Origin: Candidatus Micrarchaeota archaeon
GTDB taxonomy: Archaea; Micrarchaeota; Micrarchaeia; Anstonellales; Bilamarchaeaceae
NCBI GenBank assembly: GCA_018304385.1
Contig: JAGVWJ010000008.1
Span: forward strand, 6,643 to 70,642
Length of the DNA stretch: 64,000 nt
Reading direction: 5' to 3'
In this document: piece by piece, positions 59,055-64,000 of the stretch
Layout: every line of letters starts with the position of its first letter
Numbering within the stretch: position 1 is the first letter of the stretch
Translations under genes and position numbers: made by a program
Notes under the pieces: model-generated
Databases searched by the model: none
Seen by the model: the letters and a program-made list of their open reading frames with translations, nothing else
Told to the model about the DNA's origin: nothing

Positions 59055-60182
59055 ATGAGGTTAAATTATAACTTAGCGCCAGGCTCTAATTTTAGATTTA
59101 GTAGAAGAACTGCCATGGCATTTGCAGTATTTTTACCATTCACGTGCGCACCTACTCGCGGAGAAGTCAGGCATGTTGCTGGAACAAATACTGTTATAAT
59201 GCATGAAGATACTTATAAGGATTTAGAAGCTCAAGCAGCAAAACAAGCAGCACCTGAAGATACCGAAAGAGAAGAAATGCTTAGAAGAATTAGTGAGTTA
59301 ATAGGAGATAACACAACCTTGAGAGAAATAAATGAAATATTAAAAACAAGAAACTCAACTGTTGAAGGAGAGATAACATCATTGATAAAAGCTTTAAGAT
59401 CACGTGACCCGAGAGGTAGAACCCCATCTTACGATTTATCTAATGACCCTGCCTTTAAAGTAGGTAGATTATATTTGCATTCCTTAGGGGTAGAAAATCC
59501 TACTTACGTAGATTATAGTATTTTAATTGAAATGTTAAGTTTTCAAGCAATGATAAAACAGGTTACAGATAGTACTGTGATAGACCCTACGACACTAAAA
59601 GATCAAATAAAAAGAAACTATATCTCAGTAAATGGCGGAGGAGGAATTTTACTTAGCACAGATGGATATTTTATCACTGCTTATCATGTTGTTGCTAACT
59701 CAGAAAACTTTTATGTACAATATAATGGTAGAACGTATAATGCACAACGTATTGTTTGGAATCCCAATTATGAAGTTGCTATATGTAAAATTGACTTTGG
59801 ACCAAATGTTGAATTTAGTCCTACAAATGTCAGATTCGCTCGACTAGGAAAAATAAGAAAAGGTGCAAACATTGAGGTATTTGGTCATGTAGGAGATAAT
59901 CAATATTTTCAGATGGGGAGAATTGTCAATAATAATGTTGAGTCACTTCTTGATGGAGGGCTGCACGTATATTCTATGGTTGAAACTACAGCACTTTCAA
60001 CAGGTGGCTTTAGCGGTGGGCCGGTTATCCTTCAAGATACCGGAGAATTAGTAGGTATCACATCATATAGCAAAGGAATGCCTGGGGAGTTAGGTGCTGC
60101 AAGAATAGATCAATTCTTAGAAGTAATGAGATGGTTTGTAGATAAAAAACTAGAACAGTTGAGGATAATACATCGCTCTTAA
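59055..60182 (+). CDS. trypsin-like serine peptidase (S1 family)
   Basis: 375 aa; TAYHVV (His), GFSGGPV (Ser) catalytic motifs; N-terminal signal-like region. Confidence 0.65.
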   Translation: MRLNYNLAPGSNFRFSRRTAMAFAVFLPFTCAPTRGEVRHVAGTNTVIMHEDTYKDLEAQAAKQAAPEDTEREEMLRRISELIGDNTTLREINEILKTRNSTVEGEITSLIKALRSRDPRGRTPSYDLSNDPAFKVGRLYLHSLGVENPTYVDYSILIEMLSFQAMIKQVTDSTVIDPTTLKDQIKRNYISVNGGGGILLSTDGYFITAYHVVANSENFYVQYNGRTYNAQRIVWNPNYEVAICKIDFGPNVEFSPTNVRFARLGKIRKGANIEVFGHVGDNQYFQMGRIVNNNVESLLDGGLHVYSMVETTALSTGGFSGGPVILQDTGELVGITSYSKGMPGELGAARIDQFLEVMRWFVDKKLEQLRIIHRS

Positions 60183-60574
60183 CTAAATAATTCCTTAGTA
60201 GGCTGGTGGAACCATAGGATATAGATAGGAACTAATCCAATAAGCCCAGGAATATTTCCTACGACAACGCTTAAAACGCTCATCGCACTGCTAACTAGCA
60301 CTAGAAAATAAGCAAACTTATTCCTTTTCCATAGATAGAATGTGATAGCAAAGCCGATTATTGCTGTGATAACAAGAACTATTCCTATGTATGCTAATAA
60401 ACCCCCAGCAAAATCAAGTAAAGCACCATATAATCCATAACCTTTAAGCGTTTCTAGAACTGATACACCACCAATTATAAACAAAACACCTAACCCAAGC
60501 AATAAAAGATCAAAAAGAAAATAAAAAGCAACAAGAATTTTTAATAAAGTTGTTGCAGGCTTTGATCCATCCAT
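60179..60574 (-). CDS. small membrane protein
   Basis: 131 aa, 3-4 TM helices. Confidence 0.4.
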   Translation of the reverse strand: MDGSKPATTLLKILVAFYFLFDLLLLGLGVLFIIGGVSVLETLKGYGLYGALLDFAGGLLAYIGIVLVITAIIGFAITFYLWKRNKFAYFLVLVSSAMSVLSVVVGNIPGLIGLVPIYILWFHQPTKELFS

Positions 60575-60607
60575 GATATCGCCTTCTAATTTCTCATTCT
60601 CATGAAT

Positions 60608-60677
60608 ACGTCGTACTACCGATATTCTCTATAGTGACGCAGTCTTATGTTCTCTTAGGCTGCGTCGGTCGTTTAAT
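60608..60677. ncRNA. conserved hairpin element, copy B (ACGTCGTACTAC...GACGCAG-loop-CTGCGTC-GGTCGTT)
   Basis: paired with 38276-38345; stems differ by compensatory changes (TGG/CCA vs CAG/CTG). Confidence 0.45.
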
Positions 60678-60702
60678 GTATTCCTTAGGTTATGAAATAT
60701 CC

Positions 60703-61215
60703 CTACAAGAACGGATGCTCTGCCATACCGCCTATTACTGGCAGTTTAACCTTCTCGCCACTATATGCTTTGAATGCTAGGAAAAGATCTATTAACATAA
60801 TAACAAATCCTACCATGCCAAACAGACCAATTAATCCTAGGGACGCACCTAATCCACCACCCGCATAATACCCAATTGGATCATAGTAAGCGGTTCTTAA
60901 AGATGCTACGAATAAGAAATAAAATACAAATCCTATTCCAACAACAACTAATGTCCATAAGAATGCTTGAAATGAACAAAAGGCAAGGAATGGGTCATTT
61001 TTCTTTCCTTTATTATGAAAATAAATAGCCAATGGAATTATTAATCCTAAAAGACCCCAATAACCGCCATCACCAAAACCATAACCGCCAATACCACCTG
61101 CCAAATAAGCAATGCCAGCTAGTGCCTTTGGATCATCTAAAAAAGTTGGAGCAGGTTGTGCTGCTGGAGCTGCTGGAGCTGCTGGTTGTGCTGTTGCAAC
61201 TGGAGTATCTACCAT
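60703..61215 (-). CDS. membrane protein with Ala/Pro-rich N-terminus
   Basis: 170 aa; QPAAPAAPAAQPAP then Gly-rich TM segments. Confidence 0.4.
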   Translation of the reverse strand: MVDTPVATAQPAAPAAPAAQPAPTFLDDPKALAGIAYLAGGIGGYGFGDGGYWGLLGLIIPLAIYFHNKGKKNDPFLAFCSFQAFLWTLVVVGIGFVFYFLFVASLRTAYYDPIGYYAGGGLGASLGLIGLFGMVGFVIMLIDLFLAFKAYSGEKVKLPVIGGMAEHPFL

Positions 61216-61280
61216 ATTATCACCTTGTTTTTGTTACTAAGAATAAATTTATAAACACTTGCTTGTAGATTCAGGCAATT

Positions 61281-62747
61281 ATGCAAATGTATAACTCATT
61301 TTCCAGACAGATAGAGGAGCTCAATGCTCAAGGCTCAATGCTCAAGGCAATAACCATATATGTCTGTGGCCTTACTCCTTATGATAGCGCACATATTGGC
61401 CATACGCGAACATATGTTGCATTTGATATTATAAAACGCTACTTGACTGCAAATGGTAGCTCTGTTTTTCATATACAAAACATTACTGATGTTGATGACA
61501 AAATAATAAAACGATGCAAAGAAACTGGAGAATTGCCTAAGAAGCTCGTAGAACGAAATCATAACGAAGCGCTTGAATATTTTGATAAACTAAATATTAT
61601 TCGTGCTAATGTTTATCCAAAGGTTACTGAGCATATAAAAGAAATAATTGAACTAATAGAAAAACTTATTGAGAATGGCTATGCATATGAAACAGAAACT
61701 GGCGTTTATTATGATGTAAGCAAGTTTAAGAATTATGGAAGGCTTAGTAATCAAAAAATGGATGAGATAAAGGCTGGTTCTAGAAAAGAGGTTGATGAAA
61801 CAAAACAGGCTGCTGAGGATTTCGCTTTATGGAAAAAAACTAATAATGAGATAATAGAATTTGATTCACCTTGGGGTAAAGGCAGACCTGGCTGGCACAT
61901 AGAATGCAGCGCAATGGCAAATAAGTACGCAAAAAAATTAGATATACATGGCGGAGCGCGCGATTTAATATTTCCGCATCATGAAAATGAGATTGCACAA
62001 AGCGAAGCTGCAACTAGTAGCAAATTTTGCAATTATTGGTTACATACTGGTTTTCTAACAGTTAATGGAGAAAAAATGAGTAAGAGCCTTGGCAATTTCA
62101 TAACTGTTAAGGAAGTTGTTAATAAATTCAGTGCAAATGCTGTTCGTTTGTTCTTTTCACAAACCCATTACCGCAGTCCAATAGATTATAATGAAGAGCA
62201 ATTAAATGCTGCAGAAGAATCAGTAGAACGGATATTCAATACTCTTGGTTTGATGAAAGAAGCTAATAAGAAAGGAAAACCAAATAAAGAATTCAAAAGC
62301 GCTGCGAAAGAGAAAATTGATGAGTTTTACAAGCATATGGAAAATGATTTTAATACGCCAGATGCGCTTGCTAGCCTTTTTGATTTATTGAGATTAATTA
62401 ACGCGCATATCTCAGGCAAAGAAGCAGATGGAAAACACGTTAATGTACTAATAAAAGAATTAGAAAAAATACTTTTGATATTTGGATTGGAAGAGAAGAA
62501 AGAAGAGATTGAGAAAAAATTCAAAGAAATAACGGAACTGCAAGGATGGGTTAGTGATAACTTAGGTATTGATTGGGAAAAATTAGCTGATACTGCAGAA
62601 GGAAGATTAGAACAGCTAATATCATTTCGTGATTCATTACGCGCAAATAAAAAATTCAAAGAAGCTGATATTATCCGTGCAAAGCTAGCAGAAATTGGCA
62701 TTGAATTAGAAGATAAAGAAAAAGGAAAGAGATGGAAGTTAGCTTAG
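61281..62747 (+). CDS. cysS: cysteinyl-tRNA synthetase
   Basis: 488 aa; HIGH (AHIGHTRTY) and KMSKS motifs, Zn Cys ligands; N-terminus carries in-frame heptamer repeat (ELNAQGSMLKA). Confidence 0.9.
   Translation: MQMYNSFSRQIEELNAQGSMLKAITIYVCGLTPYDSAHIGHTRTYVAFDIIKRYLTANGSSVFHIQNITDVDDKIIKRCKETGELPKKLVERNHNEALEYFDKLNIIRANVYPKVTEHIKEIIELIEKLIENGYAYETETGVYYDVSKFKNYGRLSNQKMDEIKAGSRKEVDETKQAAEDFALWKKTNNEIIEFDSPWGKGRPGWHIECSAMANKYAKKLDIHGGARDLIFPHHENEIAQSEAATSSKFCNYWLHTGFLTVNGEKMSKSLGNFITVKEVVNKFSANAVRLFFSQTHYRSPIDYNEEQLNAAEESVERIFNTLGLMKEANKKGKPNKEFKSAAKEKIDEFYKHMENDFNTPDALASLFDLLRLINAHISGKEADGKHVNVLIKELEKILLIFGLEEKKEEIEKKFKEITELQGWVSDNLGIDWEKLADTAEGRLEQLISFRDSLRANKKFKEADIIRAKLAEIGIELEDKEKGKRWKLA
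61317..61351. repeat. heptamer tandem repeat copy (reverse orientation CATTGAGC CTTGAGC ATTGAGC) inside cysS codons 13-24
   Basis: direct reading. Confidence 0.5.
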
Positions 62748-62779
62748 TTTTGGGTTTATGAGTTTTGAGTAGCGGACTA

Positions 62780-63214
62780 TCATAGATCGGCATTAGGCAA
62801 TTTTCCATGAAATATCTTTTGTTCTTTATTAAAATGTTTTTTACAAAGATAGCTCCAACCTTTATCTTTATATTTTCCTCCTAAAAGAGCCGGATAAACT
62901 TCTCTATATGCTTTATTCATACATGTACCATCATAATCGCATAATGGTTGAAAGATCCATTTTACTTTGTCTCTATTAAGGAATTTTATTTTATTAGATT
63001 CACGCAGATAACCTAAAATTTCAGAAAACTCATCGTAATAAAATTTGCTTGAAAAATGTTTCCACGCTTTTCTTCTGGTAGTGTTTCCCTGCTTTCTTAA
63101 AAAATCTTCAATGTCATAAAGCAAAAACACAAAATCTATTGCTTTGTCAACATTTTGTTGACAAATATTGTCAGCGTTTTTTTGCAACGCTGACAATGCT
63201 TTAAATTTTTTCAT
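62780..63214 (-). CDS. hypothetical protein
   Basis: 144 aa; several Cys; adjacent to HicAB. Confidence 0.35.
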   Translation of the reverse strand: MKKFKALSALQKNADNICQQNVDKAIDFVFLLYDIEDFLRKQGNTTRRKAWKHFSSKFYYDEFSEILGYLRESNKIKFLNRDKVKWIFQPLCDYDGTCMNKAYREVYPALLGGKYKDKGWSYLCKKHFNKEQKIFHGKLPNADL

Positions 63215-63224
63215 TGTCCTTTCC

Positions 63225-63455
63225 TCACACTTCTTCCAGAAGTCCTATAAATTCATCTCTGCTCAATTCCATGTCCCTTATAATCTTTCTTAAAAGTCCT
63301 CTGCCAATATCTCTTCCAGGATGAACAGGAACTGTTATTAGAATGCCTTTTTCATTCTTGAATTGAACATGGCTACCACTTTGCCTTATTTGTGTGTAAC
63401 CTTTAAGAACAAGAATTTTGATTAGGGTTTTCGCATCCACTAAGGGAAGCTTCAT
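63225..63455 (-). CDS. hicA: HicA-family mRNA interferase toxin
   Basis: 76 aa; GYTQIRQSGSHVQF...ITVPVHPGRDIGRGLLRKIIRD matches HicA/YcfA. Confidence 0.75.
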   Translation of the reverse strand: MKLPLVDAKTLIKILVLKGYTQIRQSGSHVQFKNEKGILITVPVHPGRDIGRGLLRKIIRDMELSRDEFIGLLEEV

Positions 63456-63679
63456 GCAGAAACCTCAACTCTCTGTACACCTACAAATTCATGTGGATGA
63501 ACATCTTTTTGACCTTCTAAACAAAGGGCAATTACTTCTTTTATATTTTCAAGTACCTCCTGCAGTGTTTCGCCCTGTGTGTAGCAACCTTTTAAATCAG
63601 GAACTTCTGCTACATACATTCCATCCTCATCTTTTTCGATAATTACAGTAAAACTGTATTTTCCCATATGTTTCACCAT
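63452..63679 (-). CDS. hicB: HicB-family antitoxin (UPF0150)
   Basis: 75 aa; YSFTVIIEKDEDGMYVAEVPDLKGCYTQGETLQEVLENIKEVI; 4-nt overlap with hicA. Confidence 0.75.
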   Translation of the reverse strand: MVKHMGKYSFTVIIEKDEDGMYVAEVPDLKGCYTQGETLQEVLENIKEVIALCLEGQKDVHPHEFVGVQRVEVSA

Positions 63680-63755
63680 AAAATTATTGTAATTATGATT
63701 TTTTATTTATATCGATTTGAAAAATGAAGGAAAAAAAGAGAAACCTATTCCGGGC

Positions 63756-64000
63756 TTATTGGCTTGCTGGCGCTGCAGCTGCAGCTTTAACCTGCTCAAC
63801 TAAAGCTTGACCTATGCGTTTTATAAGACGTGTGTAGGAGTCTTTATCAACTGGATTGTAATTATAATCACTGCTAAAATATCCCATACAACCGTCTCTT
63901 GAGAACATACCTGGCGCTTGCTCCTCTTCCAAACATCTATCAGCATTATCTCCAAGCCCTTCATTAGTTACAATCGTCTTTGTGCTAGTTGGTTTTGCAC
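63756..64000 (-). CDS. C-terminal fragment of unknown protein running off window end
   Basis: open frame ...RLIKRIGQALVEQVKAAAAAPASQ* with stop at about 63756. Confidence 0.3.
   Translation of the reverse strand, partial: AKPTSTKTIVTNEGLGDNADRCLEEEQAPGMFSRDGCMGYFSSDYNYNPVDKDSYTRLIKRIGQALVEQVKAAAAAPASQ

Noticed and set aside
1-64000. CRISPR arrays, rRNA genes, transposase or integrase genes
   Set aside because: No regularly spaced direct repeats with unique spacers, no rRNA-like conserved stretches, and no recognisable transposase or integrase ORF in any frame.

Overview
This window is an AT-rich (about 33-35% GC) archaeal chromosomal segment. The archaeal assignment rests on DNA polymerase D (DP1/DP2), Pelota, ribosomal stalk proteins P0/P1/L1, a cryptic L41e gene, archaeal-type riboflavin synthase and LxGC lipoboxes. 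The segment is gene dense and holds mostly housekeeping genes. These are a riboflavin operon (ribB, a ribC-ribH fusion, ribA, ribD), purH, a glycine-cleavage operon (gcvT-gcvH ... gcvPA-gcvPB) with lipA and an LplB-like ORF, AMP phosphorylase with an eIF2B-like putative ribose-1,5-bisphosphate isomerase, Lrp, pterin carbinolamine dehydratase, cysS and PolD. Interleaved are many secreted or surface proteins: two large paralogs with peptidoglycan-binding-like domains, a PEBP fusion, a serpin lipoprotein, charged coiled-coil paralogs and paralogous lipoproteins. There are also two tandem Hanks-type Ser/Thr kinases, a HicAB toxin-antitoxin pair, and an AAA-ATPase/GNAT pair inserted inside the gcv operon. 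Non-coding signals that the ORF track does not explain include the following. (1) A dispersed family of tandem heptamer repeats (NNTGRGC, e.g. ATGAGCCTTGAGCAGTGGGC) found at 8 or more loci, in coding and intergenic DNA. (2) A 70-nt hairpin element present twice with compensatory stem changes. (3) GC-rich structured islands at 12.9 kb and 19.8 kb. (4) A tRNA-like 5' fragment flanked by 10-bp direct repeats spanning about 430 bp. (5) A +1 frameshift splitting the PolD small subunit. (6) A 100-bp identical repeat covering the 5' ends of two paralogous genes. No CRISPR array, rRNA or canonical complete tRNA was recognised. Manually derived coordinates may be off by 1-2 nt.
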